DNA of 63,343 bases, the filler included, from Octopus bimaculoides (taxonomy: Eukaryota), in assembly GCF_001194135.2 (NCBI RefSeq). It is 6 parts of 5 records of this genome, joined end to end, with 100 filler letters (N's around TTAATTAATTAA, not from the genome) between each part and the next. Parts side by side here need not be neighbours in the genome. Positions count along the whole stretch, not along the records: positions 1 to 14,140 come from NC_069006.1; 5 more parts are not named here. One strand, 5' to 3'. Under the pieces are notes generated by a model. That model searched no databases, was not told the DNA's origin, and saw nothing but the letters and a program-made list of their open reading frames with translations. Below are positions 1 through 12,031 of this stretch, piece after piece (the stretch's first letter is position 1; each line of letters opens with the position of its first letter). Made by a program: the position numbers and the translations under genes.

Positions 1-25
1 TATATATATATATATATATATATAT

Positions 26-115
26 TGCCTGGTGTTGCCATCCGGTTTCACCAGTCCTCAGTCAAATCGTCCAACCCATGCTAGCATGGAAAGCGGACGT
101 TAAACGATGATGATG
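26..115 (+). mobile_element. 3' end of an RTE-tail-type short retroposon (SINE or LINE 3' end), 5' part lost
   Basis: Reverse complement of the left ends of the copies at 6361, 6683 and 13826. Contains the palindrome CCATGCTAGCATGG (76-89) and ends in a (GAT)n tail. Confidence 0.8.
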
Positions 116-149
116 TGTGTGTGTGTGTTTGGATCAGAAGCGTGAAGTG

Positions 150-860
150 TCCAGGATCGTGAGACTGTGTAAGAGAACCGAAACGTCAATGGTGACAAGT
201 GCATTCGGAAGGATAAAAGCACACTTGCCATCAATCTGGAGGACAAGAAGGTAGCGTGGTGGAAGTGCTATCGTGAGAGGCTGCTGAACGTGGAGAATAC
301 ATGGGATATAGAGGGGGTACCTTCTGCTGACCCTGCAGAGGAACTAGCAGTTCAAGTTGACAGCTGCATGGAGTGAAAAAGGACAGGAAGAGAGAGAAAG
401 CTGCAGGTCCATCAGGAAGAGTTGCTGAAATTTTCGAAATATCAACTGTATTAAGATACATGATCATTGCCTGGATGTTTAAATCGTGTTATAAAGGAAG
501 GTATTACACTCAATGTCTGGCATAGCAGTATCGTCATAAACAGCTATAGAGGCAAAGAGATGACTTCGGTGAATCTATTGAGAAATCAAACTACTGGATC
601 AGGTCATGAAGGTCACATAGAGAGTCATAGCACAATTAATTTCTGACAGAGAAGACCTTGATGAGATGCAGCTTGGCTTTGTACCTAGAAGAGATACCAC
701 AGATACCGTCTTCCTGGTGAAGCAACTTTGAGTGAAATACTTGCCTAAGAGTAAACCACTATTTGTGGCATTTTAGAAGGCATTTGACAAGTTAACGCAT
801 GCGGTAAGAAAGTAGGTGTAGATGAATGGCTAGTGAGGGCTGTACAAGCTATGTTTAAAG
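150..860 (+). pseudogene. Decayed RTE-clade LINE ORF2 fragment (linker and reverse transcriptase N-terminal part)
   Basis: Manual translation across stops and frameshifts: DKCIRKD..W..Y.ERLLNVEN.WD, IKLLDQVMKV, DEMQLGFVP.R.TTD.VFLVKQL, KPLFVAF.(EK)AFD, KVGVDEWLVRAVQAM. These are typical RTE RT motifs. Confidence 0.8.
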
Positions 861-975
861 ATGCATGAGAAAGCCTTCAACAGAGTCCTTCGCTCTGTGA
901 TATTGTGGTCTCTGAGGAAACTAGGAGTAGACGACTGGCTTGTGAGAGCCATACAAGTCATGTACAGGGGTGCTG
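861..975 (+). pseudogene. Second, divergent RTE RT fragment repeating the same subdomain
   Basis: ORF 861..1139 begins EKAFNRVLRSVILWSLRKLGVDDWLVRAIQVMYRGA, homologous to the segment immediately upstream (774-860). Confidence 0.8.
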
Positions 976-1377
976 TCCTATTCTTGCCCACCTCCCAACT
1001 CCTATGTATCATTTGTTACCATCCACCCATCAATCCTCTTCGTTTTCTACAGTTATCACCTACTCTTCCCTTATCCCTCAAAACCTCTTCATTATATTCT
1101 CTCCTCACCCACCTCTCACTCTCCTATACACTGCTATGACCGCTATCCTCCCCCTCTCTGTTCTTCTACTCACCTTTTACCTTGAGAGTTCACCTTGACA
1201 TCTCATCACTACTCTTTTATCTTTTCCTTCTCCATCCCAATCAGTTCCATCCTCCCTCCTATTACGTGAGTAGCCATGTAACTCTTCTACTGCAAGAAAC
1301 CTGTTCTGTTCCCTTCTCTCATCTCTGTGCATAAAGCCACCTCTCTTTCTCCTGAAACCCCATTCAGTTGAAGGTAA

Positions 1378-1602
1378 TCTTAACCTTGCAAGTTGTAAGG
1401 TAACCTCATTAGTGCTGGTGTCACACAAAAAGCACTCAGTACACCCTGTAAAGTGGTTAGAGTTAGGAAGAACATCCAATCAGAAATCATGCCCAAAGCA
1501 GACATTGGATAATGATGCAGTCCCTGGACACATTTTATCAAAATGTCCAACTCATGGACACATTTTATCGAAATGTCCAACATTGATGTTAAATGATGAT
1601 GA
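1378..1602 (+). mobile_element. Older copy of the RTE-tail retroposon family, preceded by a pyrimidine-rich tract (976-1377)
   Basis: Shares AGTGCTGGTG..AAGCACTCAGTACAC..GTAAAGTGGTT..GTTAGGAAG..CATCC with 3840-4075 and, in reverse, with 1626-1840 and 6361-6862. Ends in (GAT)n. Confidence 0.65.
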
Positions 1603-1625
1603 TATACATACATATATATGTATAT

Positions 1626-1840
1626 ATATCATTATCGTCTTTCCGCACTGGCAATGGTTGGATGGTTTGACAGTAGGTGGCAAGCCAGAAGACTTCATTA
1701 AGCTCCACTGTCTGCTCTGGTATTTGTTTCTACAGTTGGATGTCCTTCTTAACATCAACCATTTTACAGAGTGAACTGAGTGCTTTTTTTACATTGCACC
1801 TGCACCAGCAAGGTCACCAAATAGCTTGCAAGACAAAGTC
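1626..1840 (-). mobile_element. Older copy of the RTE-tail retroposon family
   Basis: GGTTGGATGGTTTGAC..GGATGTCCTTCTTAAC..CAACCATTTTACA..TGAGTGCTTTTT aligns by eye to 6361-6530. Confidence 0.65.
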
Positions 1841-2074
1841 CTTAATTTGAGAGTTGATGGGAGGTTCTAGTATGGTAGAGGGACAGGAACAGGTGTCTTT
1901 TTTTAGACAAGATGCATGATTATCTCAGCTGCAAAAACAGAGAGAGAGAGTGTAATTTGGTGAATATGTATTGGGTGTACCCTGAAATTATAGATATAAG
2001 TGGTACAGAGGATTGGACAGGGTGAGTAGGCAGGTAAGTTCATGAGAATAGGAGATTGAGTGGAGGGGACTGTA

Positions 2075-2850
2075 ATGAGAATCGCCATTGAAGGAGTCCA
2101 GCTGAAGTGGGTGGAGAGCTTCAGATACGTTGGCAGCACAATCTCAGCTGATGGACCACTGGACAGCAAAATCTCACCCAGAATCCACAAAGCCAGCCAA
2201 GCATTTGGAAAACTGAAAGTGAAAGTCTTCTAGCAGAAAGGCATCAGACTGTCAACAAAGCTCAAGGCTGTAGTTGCTTTGCCTCTACTCAGTGAGTGTG
2301 AAATATAAACCGCATACTACTGGCACATCAAACAGGTGGAACAGTTTCTGATAATGGCACTGTGCAGGATCACGGGCATTCTCTTGTAGGACAGAGTGAC
2401 AAACCAAGAAGTACTGAACAGATCTGGTTCAACAACCATTGAATCTTTCTGGCCACATCATCAGAATGACTGACAGCTGTGTGCCCAAACAACTTGTATG
2501 GTGAGCTTGTGTAGGGCTCATGCAAACAAAAAGGCCTTAGATACAAGGACCCTCTGAAAATCAGCCTCAAATGGAGTGGCATTAGTCCAGGCAAACCTGA
2601 AGCTTTTGCCACAGACAGATCAGTGTAGAGGCCTCACAAGCAGCAGCTGTCTTTGAAGAGGACTGGCAACACTGCCTTGCTGCTGCAAAAGACAGATGTC
2701 ATTGGGCAGGGTCCACCTCAATCTATACAACAGACTATCTTTGTGACACCTGTGGGTTCCTGTGTGCTTCCAGCTTTGGACTGCAGAGTCATGTGCGCTC
2801 TCATCGCTGAGAACACAGACTTTGTCATCATCGGACATCAATGGACTATC
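2075..2850 (+). pseudogene. RTE-BovB-like LINE, C-terminal ORF2 and 3' end
   Basis: Translation: VESFRYVGSTISADG.LD..IS.RIHKASQAFGKL, GIRLSTKLK, DRVTNQEVL.R, RYKDPLK, and terminal CDTCGFLCASSFGLQSHVRSH*, then a short 3' end (CATCGGACATCAATGGACTATC). Confidence 0.8.
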
Positions 2851-2870
2851 AACATATATCTATATATACA

Positions 2871-3263
2871 TGTTGTTGTTGTTGGCACTCCGTTGCTTAC
2901 AACGTCGAGGGTTCCTGTTGATCCGATCAACGGAACAGCCTGCTCGTGAAATTAGCGTGCAAGTGGCTGAGCACTCCACAGACACGTGTACCCTTAACGT
3001 AGTTCTCGGGGATATTCAGCGTGACACAGTGTGTGACAAGGCTGACCCTTTGAATTACAGGCACAACAGAGACAGGAAGTAAGAGTGAGAGAAAGTTGTG
3101 GTGAAAGAGTACAGCAGGGTTCGCCACCATCCCCTGCCGGAGCCTTGTGGAGCTTTAGGTGTTTTCGCTCAATAAACAGTCACAACGCCTGGTCTGGGAA
3201 TCGAAACCTCGATCCTATGACCGCGAGTCCGCTGCCCTAACCACTGGGCCATTGCGCCTCCAC
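2871..3263 (-). mobile_element. Full-length tRNA-derived SINE with (AAC)n tail
   Basis: The minus-strand head GGAGGCGCAATGGCCCAGTGGTTAGGG..GGTTTCGATTCCC has A-box and B-box-like motifs. It is followed by ~300 bp of non-tRNA body and a microsatellite tail. A similar degenerate head lies at ~57535-57600. Confidence 0.75.
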
Positions 3264-3839
3264 ATGTATATATCATATGTATACATGTTTGTATACGGTT
3301 TTATGTACATATATGTTTGCACCTAGACTTCCAGGATGCCCTCTAGTTCTTTTTATTGCACCCACCTATAACTTCCTTCTTCTCCTCTCTCCAGCCTCAC
3401 CACTGCCTTCGCATCAAGGATGCTTTTGTTCTCCCCTTTCTGTCAAATATCTCTCACTGCTTTTACTGCACTTACCCACTGTCTCTTACCTGCTACTTAT
3501 CCTCAACACCCCTTATCTTCCTTCTCTGGTGTACCTGCACAACTTCCACTCCTCATTTTCCTTTAATTACTCTTCTGGAATTCCTTTCCACCTCTGTCTG
3601 TCCCCTTCTTATACCTCATACCTCAGACTTTCTGTCCATAGGCTTCTCTTAAAATGCTGGATAGCTCTAGACCACTCTCCGCTCTATCACCTTCCAACTA
3701 TACCCACACTTTTTTTCAGTAGCCCCTGTTTCTAACCTCTTTCCTCTCTTCTTGCCACATTCCTCTTTCCTCTCTTCTTACCATTCCTCATCCAAGAATC
3801 ATCACCCGATCTCTTTCCTATTCTGCCTCAGTTGTAGAG

Positions 3840-4075
3840 GACACTTTAAGACTCCTTGTCTTGCAAGTTCGGAGGTGATCTTCACTAGTGCTGGTGCCAT
3901 GAAGAAAACACTCAGTACACTGTGAAATGGTTGACGTTAGGAAGGACATCCAGAGGCAGAAATCCTGCCAAAGTATACTTTAGAGCATGATGCAGACCCT
4001 TCACTTGTCAAATCCTGTCAAACCATCCAACCTTTTCCAAGTTGGTAACATTATGCATGCATTGGCAACTTCATT
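3840..4075 (+). mobile_element. Older copy of the RTE-tail retroposon family, preceded by a pyrimidine-rich tract (3320-3835)
   Basis: Same conserved blocks as 1378-1602 and the same upstream C/T-rich context, suggesting a LINE 3' UTR. Confidence 0.6.
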
Positions 4076-4199
4076 ATTTGCTGTTTTCATACAAGAATGG
4101 TATTCTGAGCTGTTGTCCTTTCCATACTTCTTTATGGCTGTGAGATGTGGGTGTTGCATTGATGAACCTTGAAGAAAATCAAACGTTTCCAACAGCACA

Positions 4200-4400
4200 G
4201 ACTTTGTAATCACGAGGACTTGATGGAAGGACTATACTACCAATGAAGAGCTTTTGCTCCAGCTTGGACTTGCCCAGAAGTGAAGCCACTGTAGCTTGGC
4301 ACCACCTCCACTGGTTGGGATACATTATATGTATGCCTCAAATGTGCCTCCCCTGTCAACTCCTTCAGAGCTCCCAAATTTTGTTTCTGAAATGAGCTCA
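4200..4400 (+). pseudogene. Weak RTE-like ORF2 C-terminal remnant
   Basis: With a frameshift: TNEELL.QLGL ... HLHWLGYII.MPQ..LP.QLL, resembling the RTE motif RRLRWLGHV.RM...RLPKQLL. Confidence 0.4.
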
Positions 4401-6360
4401 GGGCCACTCTCCTCTGCTGTTCTGTTGAACCAAATACCTGGGATACAATTACCGGGGATTGCCCAAAGCCGTGGCATGTTATTATCAAGGAAACTGATCT
4501 GACGNNNNNNNNNNNNNNNNNNNNNNNNNNNNNNNNNNNNNNNNNNNNNNNNNNNNNNNNNNNNNNNNNNNNNNNNNNNNNNNNNNNNNNNNNNNNNNNN
4601 NNNNNNNNNNNNNNNNNNNNNNNNCTGGCTCTTCTATACCATCCTTGGCCTGAGCAGCCACCTCTGGCACCACCTCTTTTCACACCCATCAAGATGAAGA
4701 GGCTCAACCACTGGCTGCAGAATCAATGTTGAAAAGAATAAGAACACATAAGATCGAAAGATAGCCCATCAGGGCTTGATTCTTTGCTGCCTACTATTTA
4801 TTATGATTCTCCAGCCTAATAACAAGAGTTTAAGAGGCAACTGTCCATGCAAATTCCTTTTATAATGGTAACCTGATTCTCAGAGCAGAATCTGCTTGAG
4901 CAAAAATCCCAGACAAAGAAACAATTGAATAGTTTCAAAGTGAATCTTTTAATGACAAAAGTTTTAATTAACAAGAAATAAGACTGGACTCTATACTGTC
5001 ATTTGGAGTTTGTAGGAATTCTATCTGGCTCACAATGTAAACTATAGGCATACAAGAGGTGTAGTGGGAGGACAGGCAGGTTGAGAAGGAAGATGCTTCA
5101 GGTAGCAGATGCACAGGGATGGTTAGCAGCAAGAGCTTTCTTGGAATATTTTCAACTTTGTTTACTCACTAGAAATAGCTGATAGCTTGTGTGTGACCTG
5201 ATTATCAGTGTAAGTGGGTGTTCTGTAAGCATAGTAATAAGTAAAATAATGGGTTATGTGAAGGTTCGGGAAGGAAGGGATTCTTTTGTGCAAGTATAAA
5301 GGAAGCTTGTATGATGCTTGCATGCATGTTGCAGTGTTGTGTTGGGCTTTGAAATGTGAAATGCAGATGTGCATCAGAGGGAAAGAAATGAGGAGAGCCT
5401 CTTCTGCTGGATGTGTAATGTTTGTTTGTATAAATGACAGAGTACAACTGAGAGATGCAATAGAGAAGATTGTACTTGTGTGGTAGAAAAACTTGTGAAA
5501 GAGAATGCTCAGGGAAGATATGGGATGAAGTGGTGAAAGCTGAAACATAAAGAAGACAACAGGATTATAATAAGTGGCAAGATGGCTACGCTGGAAATGA
5601 CCTCTATGACTATGTAAGCACAGTCTTTCTGATAATTAATTGTAGTGTTATATAAATTTATCATTGATTCATTTACCAAGAAATGATTAAGTATATTAAC
5701 AGTGGCAGTTTCTGATGTTATTTTAGAATTGAGTGGAATAGATTCTTAATTTTGCCATTGTTGTTTACATGTTTTTAATATAATACTAAGATTTAAATTT
5801 TTGTCTGTATTTCTTGATTTTTAGACTAAACACTGTACTCTTACCCTAAAACGTTTTGATTTGTGTACTCTTAGGTCTGTCCTTTTGCCCAAAAAAGATT
5901 TCCATGAATTTTGACCACTTATCCCTTGAAACATGTTAGTGAAAGCATCTTCCATTTCTGAATGACAAAGGAATTGAAAAGAGCCTACATATGAAGAGGC
6001 TCACATATGTATACACACACACAGACACACACCACTTAGTGACAAGACATCCCTAAGATACATGAACACATACACGCAGGATTTTGACACTGAAACAGTC
6101 ATATGTTCAATACACATACACTTATAAAAATGAACATGCATATACAGATCTTCACATAAATAATCAGAAATGCCAGTAATTTTGTTTGACTGTCTTATAA
6201 TTTCATGAATGAAATTTGTTTGCTCAGATTTCATTCTCCCCTTTTCTCTTGCTTGCTGTGTATATGGATTATATAAACATATTTAGTCATTTTGTTTTTT
6301 TACATCTGTTTTTCCATGCCTGCATTAGTTAGATGATTATATTACATGCATGTATTTATA

Positions 6361-6650
6361 TCATCATCATCATCGTCCGCCTTCCATGCTAGCATGGGTT
6401 GGACGATTTGACTGAGGACTGGTGAAACCGGATGGCAACACCAGGCTCCAATCTAATTTGGCAGAGTTTCTACAGCTGGATGCCCTTCCTAACGCCAACC
6501 ACTCAGAGTGTAGTGGGTGCTTTTACGTGTCACCCGCACGAAAACGGCCACGCTCGAAATGGTGTCTTTTATGTGCCACCCGCACAAGAGCCAGTCCAGG
6601 AGCACTGGCAACGATCTCGCTCGAAAACCCTACAAAGGCCAGTCAGGCGG
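6361..6650 (-). mobile_element. Young RTE-tail retroposon copy
   Basis: Near-identical to 13826-14140 and, in reverse, to 26-115. Has an (ATC)n tail at the left end. Confidence 0.85.
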
Positions 6651-6682
6651 TATATACATATATATATATATGTCTGTACGTA

Positions 6683-6862
6683 TTGTCGTCGTCGTTTAAC
6701 GTCCGCTTTCCATGCTAGCATGGGTTGGACGATTTGACTGAGGACTGGTGAAACCAGATGGCTACACCAGGCTCCAGTGTCTGCTTTGGCATGGTTTCAA
6801 TGGCTGGATGCTGTTCTTAATGCCAGCCACTTTACAATGTACTGAGTGCTTTTTATGTGGTA
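6683..6862 (-). mobile_element. RTE-tail retroposon copy in tandem with the previous one
   Basis: The first ~85 bp are almost identical to 6370-6450; the remainder resembles the older subfamily. Confidence 0.75.
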
Positions 6863-7569
6863 CAGGCACAATCATTGTACAATTTCTGTCTCTCAAATTC
6901 TACCATTAGGCATTGGTCAACAAGAGACTGCAAGACAAGACATATGGCTGATGTACTATGTAGTGGTTTCAAACCAAAGCTTCCTAATTTTCACTTTACC
7001 TATTCCTTTCTAGAAGTCTTCAAGCTTCATTCGTGTATAACTGTTAAGATGGTGGAAGGGCAGAATCATTAGGGCATTGATCAAAGTGCTTTGTGCTATT
7101 TAGTTGTGTCACTGTTTTGATCGTTTATAAAGTAGGCTCAAAACCAGCCATTAGGAAAGGAAGCTAGCCCATTTGATCAACCTCAATACTAAACTGATAC
7201 TTCATTTAATCATTCTTTTGGTATTTCTGTTGGGCAAAATTGGCACATCTCTAAGCTCTACATTCTGAGTTCAAGTCCTACAAGATCAGATTTGCCTTTC
7301 CATCTCATGAATATTTTATTGATGAGATGGTGTCACTATAATAGACTGTTTTTTCCCCCTCCCCAAATTTCTTGTCTTGTGTTTTTATCTTAGAAACAAT
7401 TTCATCTCTCTACATTCTGAGTTCAAATCCGAGGCCATCTTTGCCGTCTATCCACCCTGGAGTAGTTGAAATAAAATACGTCAATTGTTGGAATTCTTAT
7501 AGTTGTCTAAACGCATTCACCCATTCAAATTTCAGGTCTTGCGTTTGTACTAGAGGGATTGTCTGAAAA

Positions 7570-7960
7570 TGATGAGCTGGCAAAATCGTTGAGCATAGGA
7601 AATAAGGTACTACTAAAGCAGCGCGGACCCGAACGCGCAGTCGCGCGTCCGGGCTAGCTAGTCGTGAGTGGTCGATCCTAACCCTAACCCTGTCCCTAAC
7701 CCTAACCCTATCCCTAACCCTGTCCCTAGCCCTAACCCTATCCCTAACCCGCGTGTGCAAATGAATACGTGTTTAGGGTTAGGGTTAGGATCGACCAGTC
7801 ACGACTAGCTAGCGCGTTCGGGTCCGCGCTGCTTTAGTAGTACCAGGAAATAATGCTTACGGTATTCAGGCAGTTTACATTTTGAGTAGAAACCACGCCA
7901 AAACTTTGCCCTGCATCTCCCCCTGGTGTGACTAAATAAAGTATCAGGACAGTACTGAGG
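7570..7960 (+). mobile_element. Degenerate tRNA-derived SINE (family with GTCGACTTTGCCTTTCATCCTTTCGGGGTCGAT core, Nin-domain-like), split by the foldback element
   Basis: GATGAGCTGGCAAAATCGTT.AGCA on the left and TGCTTACGGTATT..TTTACATTTTGAGT on the right rejoin into the family consensus seen intact at 61202. Confidence 0.55.
7606..7844. mobile_element. Non-autonomous foldback DNA transposon (MULE-like, by 9-bp TSD) with internal telomeric repeats
   Basis: TSD AGGAAATAA at 7597-7605 and 7845-7853. Perfect 33-bp terminal inverted repeat GGTACTACTAAAGCAGCGCGGACCCGAACGCGC. The inner arms continue into (CCCTAA)n on the left and (TTAGGG)n on the right. Confidence 0.85.
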
Positions 7961-8005
7961 GCGAACTCCCTCTCATAATGGCCTACTTTATAAACAATTA
8001 TTAGG

Positions 8006-8228
8006 AAAGGCAGCGAACTGGCAGAACTGTTAGCACGCTGGACTAAAGACTTAGCAGCATTTCTTCTGGTTCTTTACGTTTTGAGTTCAAATTCCGTCGA
8101 GGTCCACTTGTGTCTTTTATTATTTCGGGGTTGATGAAATCAGTACCAGTCGAACACTGAGGTCGATGTAATTGATTAGACCCCCCTCCCCCTAAACTTC
8201 AGGCCTTGTGCCTATAGAAAGATTATTT
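8006..8228 (+). mobile_element. Nin-domain-like tRNA SINE
   Basis: GGCAGCGAACTGGCAGAA..GAGTTCAAATTCCG..TTTCGGGGTTGAT..AGTACCAGT..GGCCTTGTGCC matches the other copies in the window. Confidence 0.75.
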
Positions 8229-8429
8229 TTCATATTATTCAACTTGTCAATGTGTTCGAATATTATGCTGTTAAGAACCTAAATTACGGAGCAAAAAAAG
8301 GCAATTGAAATCCTTAACGAAAGAAATTTAAGTTACGCTTTCAACAACACTAATGACTGAAAAAAATAAAAGCTTTAAAATAATGTAATAGTGTTTGTGA
8401 AAGCCTAGAAATATAATATTTATTAACTA

Positions 8430-8930
8430 AAATTTCCACACGTGCCCTCTGTTTATAACAATCGGTGTTTAGGAATTTTATAGACGAGTGGTGAACTCAA
8501 TGAACCAAGTCGTGATCCAGTTTTTGTTTGTCGCCTTAAGTTCTTTTTCCATTTATGTTGCTCATGCATTTTGGAAAATCACGAACAGTACAATTTCTTT
8601 AAACTTCTCATAGTATCGGATATTAGGCCCGTGGAGGAAGATAATTACTACTGCAGTTGTTGTTCCTGACTTTTGTACTTTTGTGCATGTGGGAAGGACC
8701 CGGAGTGTAGATTCCACGAACGATATTTTAGATTACTCGCTGAAGTCAGTTCACTGCAAATAACTGCTGTTTTTCCAGAAAAGTATGAACTTCACCATTA
8801 ATAAATATTTAAAATATGTTTTCTTTTGGTATTTTATTCATATTTGCCGTGTTTAGCATGCCTCTTAATTTCTTTCTTGGACGTGTTTGAGACGAAGTAC
8901 CTGAACTTGTCTTCTGACATATTTTGGTAG
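8430..8930 (-). pseudogene. Possible very decayed Tc1/mariner-superfamily transposase remnant
   Basis: Weak motifs only: HVQE, IFINGEVHTF (cf. I.FSDEA.F) and C-terminal CYKQRARVE (cf. CI...G.H.E). No TIRs recognised. Confidence 0.25.
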
Positions 8931-9002
8931 TCATATTGGAAATTTAAAAAAACAAAAACATGCACAATTGAATTCACCCTATTCTTTTTTTTTTTTTTAC
9001 AC

Positions 9003-9038
<36 letters not shown>

Positions 9039-10519
9039 CGTTGCGCATTTATAACTTCGTGTTCATTCCTCTTCCCCTATCTTTTGCTGTATTAATTAGT
9101 GTATATTCAAGTGTAACTTAAGACGACTACTTACAATCCATTCGTGATACGAAAGGACTGCAGTAAATCGAGCAATTTATAAATAAACTAGTGATGCGTT
9201 TGATTGATACAATTTTTAATACGAATGTAAGATTTTATTTATTTATTCTTAACCATCGTTATTTTGTGTTGTTTCAGACATACGATCGATCATCATCATT
9301 ATTATTATGTTTTTATTTTCGCAATCTTTATAGTTCTATTCATGTTTACTTCTACTCACTTCTTGTCCAGCCACGCGTCTGGTGTATTTTATTCACTGAC
9401 AACATCTTTCCGGTAGACACCGTTAAGTATGGCTGCCTAAAATCGGTGACTGGTGGAAAATCCCCAGCATTAACTCCCTTAGAGAGAGAAAGACTTTCTT
9501 TCAACCAGGTTTTATTTTATTTTTTGTTAATCTCTGCGTATATATACTCGGTGTGTATATATACATATATATACTCGATATACTGGTGTAAGTAAAGGTG
9601 CTTAATTTCTTATCGTTATTGGTTATTATCTTAATGTAGTGGAGTTGGTTTTTTTGACAGTGGGTGTTTACTGAAGTTTGTATGACGCAGCTCTTGCATT
9701 TGTTTGAAGTATTTTATATATATATATATATATTTTACAACTACTATGGCCTTGTGCCAATGTGAGAAATCACTATTATATAATGAAAAATCCATTTTCA
9801 TAACGAAATATATTATGTGTATGTATATCGCTATTGATTTGAACGATAGCACGATAGAATTTTATATTTTCGTCGAGTTGCATTTTGATTAAAAGACTGT
9901 TGATTTTTACTTGCCAGTTTCTAGTTCGTATATGGCAATATCCGCTACACATCGCGCGCACGCGCATATACAAGGACACGCGGCAAATTGAACAACACGT
10001 GTAGAGTATATCGATAATTTTGTGTTTAAATGATATAATAACCATGCCATTCGTTATTGTCGACCAATTCTTTTTCCCTATATTTTTATTGGAACGATCA
10101 CTCACCCACTGATTTTTGACATTCCATGCGAAAAAAACAGAAAAACGTCGTGTCTTCATAGAAGGATTGAGTGCAGAATCGTATAGCTCGGCGATCTTTG
10201 AGCATAGCGTACCGTTTTCACTTTCTATTAGTAAATTTATTAGTTTTCACTCTTTTTTATTTCTTCCACCATTAATTTTCAATTTGCCAACAAGCACTAA
10301 TTGTCAGTTATCTTCGTTGACCACTAGTCATCTTTGTGTCTGTTTACAACTGGAAGTGGCTGTTTTATAATGTGAAAAATACTCCCCTACGTAAGGCGGC
10401 GCTTTACCTTCTCCTTAGGCCACCTACAATTACGACTGAAGAAAGGGGAAAAGTAAATGCGATCTCTTGTGATCTACAGTTATTCCTGTCAACGATCTCC
10501 ACTATTTTTAATAACAAGG

Positions 10520-11140
10520 TAATCTTGGACGCAGTTACAAGTTTCGGCCGCCATGCCGTCCATGATAGTAATAGAGAAAGCGACAAGGAATTTACGAATT
10601 GGAGGCGAAAATGATACTCTGGATGGAAAACCAAATGTATTTATAAGCTTATTACCAATTCAAGCTAAGCTGCTTTTTAGACTTTGAAAAAAAAGGAGCT
10701 GATTATAAGAAAGCTTTTCAAGCAAGAGCTGGTTGAGGTGCTTCGAAAAGGAAAAAACAGAAATATCCGAGTAATAGAAGCAACGAAAGTTGATAAGTTA
10801 TTTATTGAAATTTTAGAGGAATTAATAATAAAACAAAGAATGATATTTAGCAAGTTCTGGCCTGGTGGAAATCATTAACTAGAACGTCAAATAATTGGCC
10901 AAGGTCGATAAAAATATTGAGGAAACAATAAGTTAGTATCGTGAAACATGCAAGGATTAAAAGAAACGATTCAAACGAAATCCGGCGTCTTTTTCAAAAA
11001 CACAGGAACTCTTCCTCGTCCAACAGCCTTCACCTTAATCCAGCGAGCAACCCCCTGGACGCTTCACACAGCGATCGACTCCCTTCTTCACCATCATATA
11101 ACTCTGTGCCTTCAGAGAATGACAGAAATAGTTTTGAATC
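10520..11140 (+). pseudogene. Tigger/pogo-like transposase remnant (CENP-B-type HTH region, internally deleted)
   Basis: With frameshifts: ELEAKMILWMENQ, PIQAK, FQAR.GWLRCF, NIRV..EA..VD..FIE.LEELI, paralleling the Tigger motifs MEKLL.TWIEDQ..I.AKA..F.AS.GWF.RF. Confidence 0.6.
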
Positions 11141-12031
11141 TATAATTTATAATTTGATAAAAGTAAAATGGTTAAGATTTTCTATTATAAGCATTAAATT
11201 ATATCAGACACTCTAAATACAAATCCAAGATAAAAAGAATAGGTGTTAGCGTATGCATGCACTCACACACACACACTCACACACACACACGTGTCCAATT
11301 TAAAGATTTATAAATTATTTAACTATTTTTGATTTTTTTTTTAATGTGCTGTGCACTGCCTTATGTATTTAGCAACAAATTTTTAAAAAAATATTTTCCT
11401 AATTTATAAAATACTAACTAGTGTTAGAAAATTAAAGAAGGAAAATATAAAATAAAACATCGCTAATTGCATTAAAAATATAATGTAAAATGCATTATGT
11501 GGTACATATATCAGTAAATAATGCACATGAACATCAATTATAAGTAGTGTTGCCCATATTGACTTATGAGCAGTTGATTGAAACAGGACCAGCTTTGTAC
11601 TTAGGTCTGTTGTAAATTCTACTTATGAACCTGGTTGTTATCAAGTATTGACCAAAAACTCTTGTTACATATGGACAATTTCTCTATTTAAATTATTTTA
11701 ACTCAAGCAAATTGTTATTGATGTCATTCTTTTGTGAACCTGAAAGGAAAACAAAACTTGCCAAAGTGAAAACGGTATGTTATACTCAGAGTTAGTACTA
11801 ATCTCTCTCTCTCTCTATATATATGTATGTATATACAATCTATAAATATAAGTATATATATATGTATATATATATATATCTATAATATAAATTGGACAAG
11901 GGCGATCGTTGTATTCATTCTTGTCTTGAGGTTCACAGCCAAATGGCTGGGTGGATTCGCGTGAAAAATGGCACACATGTGGAGACGGGTGCACACACAC
12001 ACATATATATATATATATACACACACATATA

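Noticed and set aside
3180-3263. tRNA-like sequences here and at other SINE heads
   Set aside because: A and B boxes are present, but I could not fold a full cloverleaf and each continues into a SINE body.
5563-5613. Possible 51-nt exon DYNKWQDGYAGNDLYDY ending at GTAAG
   Set aside because: No polypyrimidine tract before the AG and no recognisable homology.
7676-7790. Telomere or chromosome-fusion site
   Set aside because: The repeats are short, degenerate and enclosed by TIRs and a TSD, so they are part of a transposon.
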